A DNA stretch of 64,000 nt, taken from IMG/VR virus record IMGVR_UViG_3300020430_000007. One strand, written 5' to 3'. Positions 17,970 through 28,399 of this stretch are shown piece by piece. The translations under genes were made by a program, and so were the position numbers. The notes under the pieces were generated by a model. The model did not search any database and was not told the origin of the DNA. It saw only the letters and a list, made by a program, of their open reading frames with translations. Every line of letters begins with the position of its first letter. Position 1 is the stretch's first letter. This stretch comes from a virus.

Positions 17970-18393
17970 GCTCTTTCTCCGTCAATATTTGAAACTCCCA
18001 CCTTCTATCTTTACAAAAATCTTTTGCTGCCTCCCACTTTGCTTGATTTACAGCATACTTCATAACTTCAGTGACGTATTTTTTGGTTCTTACTTTTTGC
18101 ATTTTAGGTTCCTTGACTTCTTTAGCTGGTTTGACTTCAATTATTTTTTCAAGTATTTTACCTTTTTTATCTCTGTATTTAATGTAAAAATCAGGAAAAT
18201 ATCTATGAGACCTATTATCAACTGGAGATCTGTATGGTATGACTATTTCTTCGGAAGACCAATGCAATATATTTTTATTTTTATCACAATATCTCATAAA
18301 TTTAAGTTCCCATAGTGATCTGTAAACGATGTCTAATGCATCGCCCTTGTATTTTTTACGATTGCTTGGACGAAACTTGCCTTTATATGACAT
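17959..18393 (-). CDS. gp4: head completion nuclease gp4
   Basis: KYKGD..IVYRSLWE, HRYFPDF, EVKP, NQAKWEAA; ATG 18393. Confidence 0.92.
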   Translation of the reverse strand: MSYKGKFRPSNRKKYKGDALDIVYRSLWELKFMRYCDKNKNILHWSSEEIVIPYRSPVDNRSHRYFPDFYIKYRDKKGKILEKIIEVKPAKEVKEPKMQKVRTKKYVTEVMKYAVNQAKWEAAKDFCKDRRWEFQILTEKELGI

Positions 18394-18430
18394 ACATAGT
18401 ATATAAGTAAGCACTTTATATTTAGAGGGT

Positions 18431-19192
18431 ATGTCAAATGCTATAAAATCAGGAAGATTTTATTTACCAACTGAGGAGTTGATAAGGACACCTCATAAAT
18501 TTGATAGTAATGTTCCTGCCTTCAACAATACTTACGATGTGTTTATAAATTTTGATGCATCAGCAAACTTAAAGAATTTTATCGAAAAACGAATTAAGCA
18601 CTTCAATACACCGATAGGACCGACCCTTGCTTTGTTTTGTTCTGAGGCATTACTGCCTGGCACTAGTCTTGACACATCAACAGTTGATGGACTAAGACAA
18701 GGCATGTCTCAACAATATGCAACTTTTAGGAGATTTCCAGACATAACCCTAACATGGTACACTCAACAAAACTATATGACAAATGATGTATTCAATTCTT
18801 GGGTTGAATTTATCTCTCCAAACAAAGAAAAAGGTAAAAATAATTCTTTTAGAAAAATGAGATATCCCAATGAATATAAATGCCCCATTGAGATAACTGC
18901 TTTTGGTAGAGATCAATTCAATGATTTTGATAGACTGAAAAGAAAAGGTATAGTAGAAGATCCGAGCACCATAACTTATTTCATTGAACAAGCATTCCCT
19001 GTATCCATAATTGCGTCTCCTCTTGCATATGGAACGGCACAATTAATAAAGACATCTGTTACTTTCAAATACGAAAACTATACAATAGAACGCACTTCTC
19101 TAAACTCAAACTTAGGTCAATTAGATACTGATGATCCTGAATTTGGCAACTTTGGTCTCACCAGTGTAAATGGTGTGGAAAGAGGTGACTAA
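18431..19192 (+). CDS. tail tube / baseplate tube initiator (gp19/gp54-like)
   Basis: CSEALLPG, FPVSI...L..VTFKYE tube-fold motifs; divergent from gp4. Confidence 0.7.
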   Translation: MSNAIKSGRFYLPTEELIRTPHKFDSNVPAFNNTYDVFINFDASANLKNFIEKRIKHFNTPIGPTLALFCSEALLPGTSLDTSTVDGLRQGMSQQYATFRRFPDITLTWYTQQNYMTNDVFNSWVEFISPNKEKGKNNSFRKMRYPNEYKCPIEITAFGRDQFNDFDRLKRKGIVEDPSTITYFIEQAFPVSIIASPLAYGTAQLIKTSVTFKYENYTIERTSLNSNLGQLDTDDPEFGNFGLTSVNGVERGD

Positions 19193-19214
19193 ATAAAGTA
19201 CTGAAGTGAATACT

Positions 19215-19940
19215 ATGCCATTACCTAAGGTCGTAGCACCTACATTTGAACTAAAACTTATTTCAACATCAAAGACAATAAAATACCGACCTTTTCTTGT
19301 CAAGGAAGAGAAGGCACTTTTGATCGCCATGGAGAGTGGTAATGAAAAAGACATTGCTGCAACAATAAAGGAGGTTTTAAAGTCATGTATTTTATCTCGT
19401 GGTATCAAAGTTGACGATTTACCTAGTTTTGAATTGGAGTATTTGTTTTTGAATATAAGAGGAAAATCAGTTGGTGAGTCGGTTGAATTATTAGCAACCT
19501 GTCAAGATGATGGAGAAACAAAAGTTCCACTTACAATAGCGTTGACAGACATCAAATTAAATGTTTCTGATGATCATACAGACATTATTGATTTGGGTAG
19601 TGGAATCTCTATAAAAATGAAATATCCATCTATGCAACAATTCTTGGATTCAAATTTTTCTATTACTGGCACTGATGAAAATAGAATTGATGAGGCGTTC
19701 AAGGCAGTCGCTGACTCAATTGACCAGATTTTTACAGAAGAGGAGTCATGGTCTGCAAGTGATTGCACTAAAAAAGAAATAGTGGCATTTATAGAACAGT
19801 TGAGTTCAGGTCAATTCTCAAAAATAGAACAATTTTTTGCAACTATGCCCAAATTACAGTATAAGGGTAAAATAACAAATCCAAATACAAATGTAGAGTC
19901 AGAGGTTGTAGTTGAGGGATTGGCAAATTTTTTCGCATAA
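19215..19940 (+). CDS. gp26: baseplate hub subunit gp26
   Basis: MPLPK, YRPFLVKEEK, LFLNIRGKSVGE, FF.TMPKL. Confidence 0.9.
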   Translation: MPLPKVVAPTFELKLISTSKTIKYRPFLVKEEKALLIAMESGNEKDIAATIKEVLKSCILSRGIKVDDLPSFELEYLFLNIRGKSVGESVELLATCQDDGETKVPLTIALTDIKLNVSDDHTDIIDLGSGISIKMKYPSMQQFLDSNFSITGTDENRIDEAFKAVADSIDQIFTEEESWSASDCTKKEIVAFIEQLSSGQFSKIEQFFATMPKLQYKGKITNPNTNVESEVVVEGLANFFA

Positions 19941-20134
19941 TGTTATATCATACCAGTATTGATGCAATGATGGAAGCAAATTTTGCCCTGATGCAACATC
20001 ATAACTGGAGTTTAAGTGATATTGAGTCGATGATACCTTGGGAGAGAGAAATTTATGTTGGATATCTTATCAAATTCCTAGAGAAACAAAAATTAGAGGC
20101 ACAACAAGCACAACAAAATGCAAACTCCTTCTAG
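19940..20134 (+). CDS. gp51: baseplate hub assembly catalyst gp51
   Basis: NFALMQHHNWSLSDIESMIPWEREIY. Confidence 0.88.
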   Translation: MLYHTSIDAMMEANFALMQHHNWSLSDIESMIPWEREIYVGYLIKFLEKQKLEAQQAQQNANSF

Positions 20135-21986
20135 AACAGTAGAACCTCAAACACCTATGGTTCCTTTAGAACGTAGGATGGATGCTGCCTATGAAAGAGA
20201 ACTGATAAGAGCACAGGAAGGTGTTCGACCAGAAAGACCTCAAATAACAGGGTTGGGTAGAGTTGTTCTTGAAATGGAGCAACTCAATAAAAATATAAGG
20301 AGTATACAAAATGAAATACAGAGTGATATAAGAGCAAGACGTAAGTTTTTTGAAAAGGAACAAAAGTTACTGAAGAAGGATATTGATAATCAAAAAAGTT
20401 TTCAAGCTGCTGCTCTTTTTGATCTACGAAAAATTATAGGACTAGCATCATTTGGAATTGCTGCGAATGAACTTGCACAAGGAGATATAGGTGGTGCAGC
20501 ACAGGGTATAGGGTTAGGGACTGCTGCATTCTTACCAGAGATAGCACAAGGTGTCATAGGGATATTAGCTGCGAAAGGACTTATAGGTGCAGGAGCAAAA
20601 GGAAGTGGAGTCCTTGCAGGAGGATTAGGGTTGTTAGGAGGTGGTAAAGCGAAGGGTATACTTGCACTCGCAGCTCTAGGAGGATTATTATTGACTGGAG
20701 GTGCTCTAGCATCTAATAATTCAGACAGAACAAGGAGGCAAGAAATATTAGAAGAAAGAAGAGGGCAGAGCACAATAAACTCACCTGATGTTGTAAGATT
20801 TAGATCACAACTTACGAGAGCAGATTCTATATTATTAGATATAAAGGATGCAAAAAAAGATAAGAAAACTACAAAAATTGAAATTGATCCAAAAGACATA
20901 AAAAAAGTAAAAAGTAAAAATATTGCAAGAGAAGAACAGGAGAAAAAAGTATCACAGTCATCAACAGGTACAGGAGATAAAGGAGAGGAAGATAAAGAGT
21001 CTTTAGTTGGGTCTCGAAATTTTTTTCCTAAGTCATCTGAGACTGCTGATCTTTACAAATTTGTAACAGGTGAAGACCTTAATGAAAAAGTTGCACAATC
21101 TGAAAATAATCCTTCATTATTAGGTAAATTATTTAACTTCTTTACTGGCACTCAAAGTGCTGCTGCAGACACTCTGGAAGCTAATAAACAGTTTATACCA
21201 AAAAATGATGATTTTGAAATTGAAGATCCTGAACTCAAGACTGCAGTACAAACAATAAGAGAGTTTGAGGGCACTGACTCAGAAGAAACAGGATTTAGTA
21301 TGTTTTTTGGAGATAGACCAGGTGAAATGAAGTATGGTGATATTACTAATAAGACAATCTCAGAGGTTGACGATTTACAAACAGAATTTTTAAAGGATCC
21401 TCAATCAAAATTTATTGACAGAGAAGGCAATGAGAAAAAATCTGCTGCTGTTGGAGCAGGTCAATTCGTATTCTTAAAAAGTGATGCTGAAAGATTATTA
21501 GGTGTAGATCCTGATAAACAAAAATTTACACCAGAATTTCAAATTGATTTGATACAGGCGAAGGCAAAAGAGAGGGGTGTAGATCTTACAGAGAGATTAG
21601 ATAAAGATGATATGAAAGTATTGGGTGGAATATTTGCTAGTATTACGCCACAATACAAACAAACCACGAATACTGCGGAGAATAGTCTCAATAGATATAA
21701 TGAGTTATTGAAAATCAATCTTGAAAGTAAAGGAGAAATCTTTTACAGGATACCTGAAGGTGGAGTAGGTCCTTTAATACGTGTAGATCCTACAAAAAAT
21801 AATGTTGAGACGAAGAATAATAATCCAATTATAATAAATGGTGATAATAATGTTCAAGAAATACCACCTCTTCCAGAAGTTCCTGATAATGCCACAGGCA
21901 ATGTGAATGTATCTACAATATTCAATGGATCGATTGATAAACTCGAATCTGCTTTTGCTCTAGATTCATATGCTGCCTTTGTATAA
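20118..21986 (+). CDS. virion protein with coiled-coil/Gly-rich segments and a lambda-type lysozyme-like domain
   Basis: EFEGT...SAAVGAGQF...FTPEFQ resembles GH104 motifs. Confidence 0.55.
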   Translation: MQTPSRTVEPQTPMVPLERRMDAAYERELIRAQEGVRPERPQITGLGRVVLEMEQLNKNIRSIQNEIQSDIRARRKFFEKEQKLLKKDIDNQKSFQAAALFDLRKIIGLASFGIAANELAQGDIGGAAQGIGLGTAAFLPEIAQGVIGILAAKGLIGAGAKGSGVLAGGLGLLGGGKAKGILALAALGGLLLTGGALASNNSDRTRRQEILEERRGQSTINSPDVVRFRSQLTRADSILLDIKDAKKDKKTTKIEIDPKDIKKVKSKNIAREEQEKKVSQSSTGTGDKGEEDKESLVGSRNFFPKSSETADLYKFVTGEDLNEKVAQSENNPSLLGKLFNFFTGTQSAAADTLEANKQFIPKNDDFEIEDPELKTAVQTIREFEGTDSEETGFSMFFGDRPGEMKYGDITNKTISEVDDLQTEFLKDPQSKFIDREGNEKKSAAVGAGQFVFLKSDAERLLGVDPDKQKFTPEFQIDLIQAKAKERGVDLTERLDKDDMKVLGGIFASITPQYKQTTNTAENSLNRYNELLKINLESKGEIFYRIPEGGVGPLIRVDPTKNNVETKNNNPIIINGDNNVQEIPPLPEVPDNATGNVNVSTIFNGSIDKLESAFALDSYAAFV

Positions 21987-23984
21987 ATGAACATAACACC
22001 GATATTCATAAAATCTAAAAGGACATCTAATGCTTTATTGAGAGATATAAGAAGAAGGTCTTCTCTTAATAGAAAATATGAGAAAAGAACTTTAGAGTTG
22101 TTGAAAAAATCAATAGAAGAGAGAAGTAGAACATACAGTGCATTATCAAAGAGAGATAAGGAGGGAGGTGGTATTTTTGGAAATCTTTTTGGAGGTTCTC
22201 TTCTTTTAAACAGACTCAGAGGTCGTGGTAAAGGAGGGTCAGGTGGTATGGGGTTTTCTGGTAGAGGACCTAGAAAACCTTTACTTCCTAAAGGAGGGGG
22301 AGGAATTGGAAGAAATTTGGGAAGACTTGGTAAATTTGGTAAATTTGGTAGAGTAGGACCTTTAGCAATTCTAGGCACAGGATTAGATTTTTCTGGTAGA
22401 TTGGGAAGTGGACAAAATATAGCACAAGCAACTATTGGTGCTGGTGGAGGATTGGCAGGTGCCTTAGCTGGTGGTGCAAAAGGTGCTGCCATAGGAACAG
22501 CATTTGGTGGTCCTTTAGGAACATTAATTGGTGGTATCATTGGAAGTGGAGTTGGTGCTTTTGCTGGTGGGAGTATCGCAGACTTACTCACAGGAGTAAA
22601 TGCAGATAGACAAAGAGAATCACAAATTTTTATTGATAAAAAAAGAAGAGAGAAAACTTTGTTTTCAGGTGCTTTAGATCAATTTGACGACACTCTCAAA
22701 ACTTTTGAGGAAGATACTGCCCCGACTCTAATAGCATTTAAGAAACAAGTAGATGAAGATGATCAAACAGTAAAAATTCCATCATCAATAATTAAACCTT
22801 CCACACCCTTTTTTCAAAGACCTGCAGTAAGAGCAATAGGACTTACATTACTTGCAGCAGGTCTTATAACTGCTGCTGTGGTTTCACGAGGAAAGAGTGT
22901 TCCTGCAAGTCAAAAAATCATAGAAAAAATATTGTTAAAGAGTCCTAATTTAAGGGGTTTAGGTCAAACGGAACAATTAGTGGCAATTGGAAAATTATTA
23001 GAGAGAACACTAAGTAAATCTGCACAACAAAAAATTAGAATGAGGACATCACCTTTTATTAATAAAAGGGGAACTGTTGTGCCTGATCAGAAGGGAGCAC
23101 CAGGTAAAATCAAAAACAAAACTAATATTGTAAAAAGAAATATAAAGAAAAAAGAGCAAAAGGAACTTGAAATAAAACAAGAAGAACTTGTAGATAAATT
23201 ATTTTCAAAAACACCAGAAGGTCAATTGCAAAATATATTACAAAAAACTGGTCTTAGAGACCCCGTTAAGATGTTTAGAAAGATGAAGAGTGGTTTTGAG
23301 CAAAATGCAGAGGATGTTCTAAATTTATTCGGAAGAGGAAAAATATCTAAGGTGCAAAAAGATAACGCACTGAATCTCTTGAAAGCTAACAAACGGATAA
23401 GAGAACGACAATTAAAACAATATATAAGGGAATTAAGAAAATTTAATAGAGAAAATCCTAACATAGATTTGACAAAACAGGCAGATAGACAAAAATTTAA
23501 TGAATTTTTCAAAAAATTAGATATATTTAAACCAGATAATTTACCTAAATTTGATGCTGATAAATTGAGAATGAAAAATGTAGATGTTGAAATTCAAAGA
23601 ACATTGGAGAATATACTTAATAATCGACCTTTGAGAGATTTTATTGAAGATCCAGGTCAAAAAATAAAGGGGGTAGATTTATTTGGTTCAAATGATTTAG
23701 AACCACCAGATTCTACAAATATTGCCATGTCGGATTTGATGTTGAAGGATAACAATATAGATCAACAAATTCAAACAATCACAAATGAAAGTGATAATCT
23801 TGCAATGGCACCCATAATAAATGAGGAATCTAATCTTACTAACAATTTAATTGTTATGAACAATCCCACCACGATTAGACCAATGAGTTTAGGAGGGAGT
23901 GGGCAAAGAACTGTAGTTATAAAAGATGAATCATTTGATGCTGTTGCTAAATACGCACAGATGACAGGATTACTAACTGTATAA
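21987..23984 (+). CDS. tape-measure-like virion protein
   Basis: Gly/Ala glycine-zipper segments plus long charged helical region; in baseplate hub operon. Confidence 0.5.
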   Translation: MNITPIFIKSKRTSNALLRDIRRRSSLNRKYEKRTLELLKKSIEERSRTYSALSKRDKEGGGIFGNLFGGSLLLNRLRGRGKGGSGGMGFSGRGPRKPLLPKGGGGIGRNLGRLGKFGKFGRVGPLAILGTGLDFSGRLGSGQNIAQATIGAGGGLAGALAGGAKGAAIGTAFGGPLGTLIGGIIGSGVGAFAGGSIADLLTGVNADRQRESQIFIDKKRREKTLFSGALDQFDDTLKTFEEDTAPTLIAFKKQVDEDDQTVKIPSSIIKPSTPFFQRPAVRAIGLTLLAAGLITAAVVSRGKSVPASQKIIEKILLKSPNLRGLGQTEQLVAIGKLLERTLSKSAQQKIRMRTSPFINKRGTVVPDQKGAPGKIKNKTNIVKRNIKKKEQKELEIKQEELVDKLFSKTPEGQLQNILQKTGLRDPVKMFRKMKSGFEQNAEDVLNLFGRGKISKVQKDNALNLLKANKRIRERQLKQYIRELRKFNRENPNIDLTKQADRQKFNEFFKKLDIFKPDNLPKFDADKLRMKNVDVEIQRTLENILNNRPLRDFIEDPGQKIKGVDLFGSNDLEPPDSTNIAMSDLMLKDNNIDQQIQTITNESDNLAMAPIINEESNLTNNLIVMNNPTTIRPMSLGGSGQRTVVIKDESFDAVAKYAQMTGLLTV

Positions 23985-25273
23985 TGAAAGCTTCATCTTG
24001 GACAAAAAGTCATAAGTTAAAAAAATTTGACATTATACCTGCAGGCGGTGGAGTTCCAAAAAATTTGATGGGTCAACTGGCAGGAGTTAAGTATCATGAG
24101 GATGTAATTGATCCAAGTATTCATATTGTATTGTCATGTTATGACACTTATGGGTTCTTAAATGAAATGCCAATAAGAAGTGGTATGAATGTGCATCTTC
24201 AATATGATCATCCAAGTCAAAAAGAAGGTTTTAGATGGGATGAGTCAACAGAACCTTTAGTTATTACAAATATTAACTCAAATACTTCAGACACAAAAAG
24301 AGAGGTATTTAATTTGACATTAGCAACACGACATGCAATATCAAATCACACTACTAGGGTTTGGGAAAAATACACCGATAAAATATCTGACACTGTATCA
24401 AAAATATTAAAGGATAAACTAGAGGCAAAAGAAGAAAGACTATTCATAGATGAGACATCTAACAAATATGAGTTCACTGGAAATTACAGAAGACCTCTTT
24501 TTATGATAAGTTCTTTATGTAAAAAATCAATTCCATCAGGATCAGATGGATATAGTCAAACAAAAGGGAGTTCAGGTTTTTTATTTTATGAGACACAGGA
24601 TGGTTATAGTTTCCTAGATGTTAATAAAACTTTTGGAGATGCAGAGGGTAACAAATCAATTATAAAATATCAGTATGCATCAGACAAAAATACATTAGAT
24701 GATAATAATTTTTATTTTTCATCACCTCCTGAATGGGTGGAAAATCATGATATCATCAAAAAACTTAGAAGTGGACAATACAAAGCAGCAAATTACTACT
24801 ATGATGTACTAAGAAAGAAACCGATGTTCGAGGAGTATAGTTTAAAGGAAAGTCTAAGGACTTACCTTAAACTATCAAATGAAGAAGAACTTATCCCTGC
24901 AGTTTACGCTGATGCTTATTCAAGAATAACATTTGGATTTGTTGATGAAGGAACTATGACTCCTGCAATAGAGGGTCAGTCTGCAGAAACACCTCAAGAC
25001 AAAATTAATTATGAGGCACAATCAAGTGCAAGATACTCAGCATTATTCTCTCAAATGCTAAATGTGACTATTCCTATGAACTTAAGTCTTAGAGCAGGAC
25101 AGGTAATTTTCTGTGAGTTTGCTAAGCTAAATATTGAGAAACCAACAAGAAAGGGTAAAAACCCTGCTTCTGGACTCTATATGATAGCAAGATTGTCACA
25201 TGAGTTTGGTGACAAATCATACAGTGGACTTACTCTTGTGAGAGACTCATTCCAAAATAACACAAAGTCATGA
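23984..25273 (+). CDS. baseplate hub (gp27-like) tail protein
   Basis: FLFYETQDGYSF, SGLYMIARLSH, LVRDS; upstream of gp5. Confidence 0.7.
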   Translation: MKASSWTKSHKLKKFDIIPAGGGVPKNLMGQLAGVKYHEDVIDPSIHIVLSCYDTYGFLNEMPIRSGMNVHLQYDHPSQKEGFRWDESTEPLVITNINSNTSDTKREVFNLTLATRHAISNHTTRVWEKYTDKISDTVSKILKDKLEAKEERLFIDETSNKYEFTGNYRRPLFMISSLCKKSIPSGSDGYSQTKGSSGFLFYETQDGYSFLDVNKTFGDAEGNKSIIKYQYASDKNTLDDNNFYFSSPPEWVENHDIIKKLRSGQYKAANYYYDVLRKKPMFEEYSLKESLRTYLKLSNEEELIPAVYADAYSRITFGFVDEGTMTPAIEGQSAETPQDKINYEAQSSARYSALFSQMLNVTIPMNLSLRAGQVIFCEFAKLNIEKPTRKGKNPASGLYMIARLSHEFGDKSYSGLTLVRDSFQNNTKS

Positions 25274-25497
25274 AAACAATCGAAGACCACATGGAGCACG
25301 ATAAGAAAATTATCGATGATCCACAAGCAAACCCCGCAGCAAGAAGACATGCAAAAGAAGAGTTGCATGAACTTGAGGAGTATGCAGAACATCATAAGGA
25401 AGAAATCGCAGCAGGTGATCATCATGATCCAAATGCTTTAGAATTATTCTGTGATAATCACCCAGATGAACCAGAGTGTCTTGTTTATGATGACTAA
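25270..25497 (+). CDS. cp12: phage CP12 (Calvin cycle inhibitor)
   Basis: C-terminal LELFCDNHPDEPECLVYDD. Confidence 0.92.
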   Translation: MKTIEDHMEHDKKIIDDPQANPAARRHAKEELHELEEYAEHHKEEIAAGDHHDPNALELFCDNHPDEPECLVYDD

Positions 25498-27842
25498 TGC
25501 TTGAATCAAATAGAATTGGTATAAATTTTGCAGGTAAAGACGGTTTCCACTGGTTTATTGGACAGGTTACCGCAGATTACGCTTGGCGTGATAAAAATAA
25601 TCAAAACGTTGAGGCAGGATTTAGGGCAAAAGTAAGAATTTTAGGTCATCATCCACCCGAATCAAAAGCAGAGGGAGGTATAGACGACTTCGACCTACCT
25701 TGGGCACATTTTCTCGTGTCACCTCAGTTTGGTGCTGGACATAATAGAGGTGGCACTAGTTTTGCTTTACAAGGTGGCGAAACTGTTTTTGGATTTTTTC
25801 TTGACGGTGAAGAAGGACAACAACCAGTCATTCTTGGTTGTTTTTATGCAAACTCTGGTGCTGAAGTATTTGACTCATGGGAGGATGTAAAAGGAAAAGC
25901 AAGTTCAGGATTTTTTCCTTTTGAAAATGATAAAAGCTTAGAAGTAGGCAAGCATTTAACCCTTACACATGGAGAAAAAAATATAACTCATGGTGGTATA
26001 ACCAATAGTAACGATGAAATTGCCAAGAAAAAGGAGAATGGTAAGAAAGAATTTAAGGATGTCTTTGGGGGGACCATTAATAAGTATATTAACAATGAAA
26101 CAGTTAACGTTGAGATTGCACAAAAATGTAATACACCAGGTGGTGCATTAGGAGAAGCATCAAAAGTTCTACAATCTTTTATTGATGAGGTAAGTGGATT
26201 AGAAAAATTTCAAGATAAACACATAGATCCAGTTCTTAATAGAATAGTGGACATGGACAAATTGATATTAAAAGCATCTAATAAAATTGCAGGTAAGTTT
26301 TCTGCAACAATTAGGCAAGCAAGAAAAGAGATGTTGAAAGAGGTTGATGAGCAAGTAAGTAAAGCAATAAGTTTTTTAGACCCTGCACATCTTATAAAAA
26401 ATTTAGAGATAAGAAAACAAACTGATCAGGTCTACTGCTTGATTGAGAATGTTTTGAATGGTTTACAAAGTTTTGTGGGTGATTTCTTGAAGGGATTGGT
26501 GGGTAATTTATTACAATTTCCACTTTGTGCAGCAGAACAATTTTTTGGAGGTCTTATATCTGGCATTAGTGATAAAATTCAAGGTCTCATAGGACCCTCC
26601 ATAAGTTCAATACAAAGTGTGGCAGGTGGCATATCCTTACCTCCATTTGCAAGCATGATGGATAAAGCAGTCAAAATTGCTCAAGCAGGTCTTGCTCTTC
26701 TAGAATGTGAGGGAAATGAGTGTGAACCAGAACCTTTAGATTGGAAGATCAATGTAGGAGCAGATCCTAAAAAGAAATTAGATTTTGGTAGAATAATAAA
26801 TCTTGCAAGTGGATTAAGTGCCTTTGGAGGATTGGGCGATGCTATAAATGACCCTATAGGTGCTCTCAGTGGTATGTTTCCTGGCATTGAGGGTGTCACT
26901 GGTGCATTTAGTGAGCTAAAAGGCGTTACGGGAGATCTTCTTACCTTAAAACAAGGTGTGTCGGGTGGCATACCCACTAATATGAAAAGTTTAATTGGTG
27001 GATGTGACCCATTTACAAAGAGGTGTGGTCCTCCTAAACTATCTATTTTTGGTGGAGGAGGTTCTGGTGCTGTTGGAAAAGCAGTTGTAAACTCAATAGG
27101 AAAGGTTGTTGGTGTAAATATGAGCGATTTTGGATCTGGTTTTACATCTCCTCCTTTTGTTACCATAACAGATAATTGTAATAATGGTAAAGGTGCCACT
27201 GCAACTGCTGAGGTTGATTTAGATGAGAATTCTCCTACATTTGGTCAAATAAAAGATATCGTTATTACAAATTCTGGCGGTGGATATGTAGGACCTGGTG
27301 TTATTGATACTATAATTAACGTAGACACTGGCGAAGAGGTAGTAACTCCTACAGGAACAACTACATTACCTAACGGGACTGTAGTTCCAATTTCAAGACC
27401 AAGCGTAGGAACAACAACATTACCTGATGGAACGGTAGTTCCTATCACCGACACGGTGACGGGCACTAGTGCGGGCACAGCAGGAGTAGGAGCAGGAACT
27501 GGAACGGCAGATGATGAGGGTATTGATGTGATTGGAGAGGTGAGTGGTGTTCAGGTGATATCACCAGGCATAGGGTTCAAGTCAGGTGACACAATCACCA
27601 CACCAAGTGGCGGTGTCATAGTGCCTATCTTAGATGAGAAAGGTAGAATTTTAGGCGTGGATCCAAACACAAAAGTTGATGTTGGTCTCGTTGACATACC
27701 AAAACTTACTGTCAATACAAATACAGGATTTGGTGCTGTGCTCAGACCCATAACTAGATTTACAAAAGTTCAGGATTATGAGGATCCAATAGTCCCAGAT
27801 GCTAAACTTATCAGAGTTATTGATTGTCCTAGAGGTTTCTAA
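25497..27842 (+). CDS. gp5: baseplate hub/spike gp5-like protein
   Basis: WFIGQV, KVRILGHH, DLPWA, VFGFFLDGEEGQQPVILG OB-fold motifs. Confidence 0.85.
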   Translation: MLESNRIGINFAGKDGFHWFIGQVTADYAWRDKNNQNVEAGFRAKVRILGHHPPESKAEGGIDDFDLPWAHFLVSPQFGAGHNRGGTSFALQGGETVFGFFLDGEEGQQPVILGCFYANSGAEVFDSWEDVKGKASSGFFPFENDKSLEVGKHLTLTHGEKNITHGGITNSNDEIAKKKENGKKEFKDVFGGTINKYINNETVNVEIAQKCNTPGGALGEASKVLQSFIDEVSGLEKFQDKHIDPVLNRIVDMDKLILKASNKIAGKFSATIRQARKEMLKEVDEQVSKAISFLDPAHLIKNLEIRKQTDQVYCLIENVLNGLQSFVGDFLKGLVGNLLQFPLCAAEQFFGGLISGISDKIQGLIGPSISSIQSVAGGISLPPFASMMDKAVKIAQAGLALLECEGNECEPEPLDWKINVGADPKKKLDFGRIINLASGLSAFGGLGDAINDPIGALSGMFPGIEGVTGAFSELKGVTGDLLTLKQGVSGGIPTNMKSLIGGCDPFTKRCGPPKLSIFGGGGSGAVGKAVVNSIGKVVGVNMSDFGSGFTSPPFVTITDNCNNGKGATATAEVDLDENSPTFGQIKDIVITNSGGGYVGPGVIDTIINVDTGEEVVTPTGTTTLPNGTVVPISRPSVGTTTLPDGTVVPITDTVTGTSAGTAGVGAGTGTADDEGIDVIGEVSGVQVISPGIGFKSGDTITTPSGGVIVPILDEKGRILGVDPNTKVDVGLVDIPKLTVNTNTGFGAVLRPITRFTKVQDYEDPIVPDAKLIRVIDCPRGF
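27354..27446 (+). repeat. tandem peptide repeat in gp5
   Basis: GTTTLPNGTVVPI / GTTTLPDGTVVPI at 27354 and 27408. Confidence 0.8.
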
Positions 27843-28399
27843 TGGCGAACGTACCACCAATTATAATAAATCATCCTGAGGATGGTAACTTTACTATAGG
27901 AAGAGAAAGAGATGATGATGTAACTAGAATACGTGATATTGGACTTCATGGATCATCTAGTGCAGGGATGCGTATATTTCATGATGGTGGATTTGAAATA
28001 AGATCAAGTGATGATGCCACTGCCAGACAAGGATCTCAAATATGGCAGAAATGTGATGGGGCACCATTAACTCTTAAGTCTGCAGGAGATATACTTATTG
28101 AATGTGATGGCAGATTTTCTGTTGTGGCAAATGACATAAGAATGGAGGCAATAAATGCTAAAGAGGGTGACATCACTCTTGACGCAAAACATGACATCAA
28201 TATAGACGCAGACAATCGCATAATAGCACAATCAGAAAACGTTATATTAGATGCAACAGATAAAGTCATTTCTTTTTCTGAGGGATGGAATGCTATAATA
28301 GGTAAGGTAGTTCGCATACATGAACCAGTATCTCAACTTGTTCCACCTATATTAGGTGACTATCTAAAAGAACAAACAAAAACACTCTTAAGCGAATGA
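27842..28399 (+). CDS. gp5 C-terminal beta-helix-like protein
   Basis: Repeating GDI.I/L.A pattern; coupled to gp5. Confidence 0.55.
   Translation: MANVPPIIINHPEDGNFTIGRERDDDVTRIRDIGLHGSSSAGMRIFHDGGFEIRSSDDATARQGSQIWQKCDGAPLTLKSAGDILIECDGRFSVVANDIRMEAINAKEGDITLDAKHDINIDADNRIIAQSENVILDATDKVISFSEGWNAIIGKVVRIHEPVSQLVPPILGDYLKEQTKTLLSE

Noticed and set aside
17959-18393. TnsA-like transposase
   Set aside because: The TnsA-like fold belongs to T4 gp4 in its normal gp53-gp48-gp2-gp4 context.
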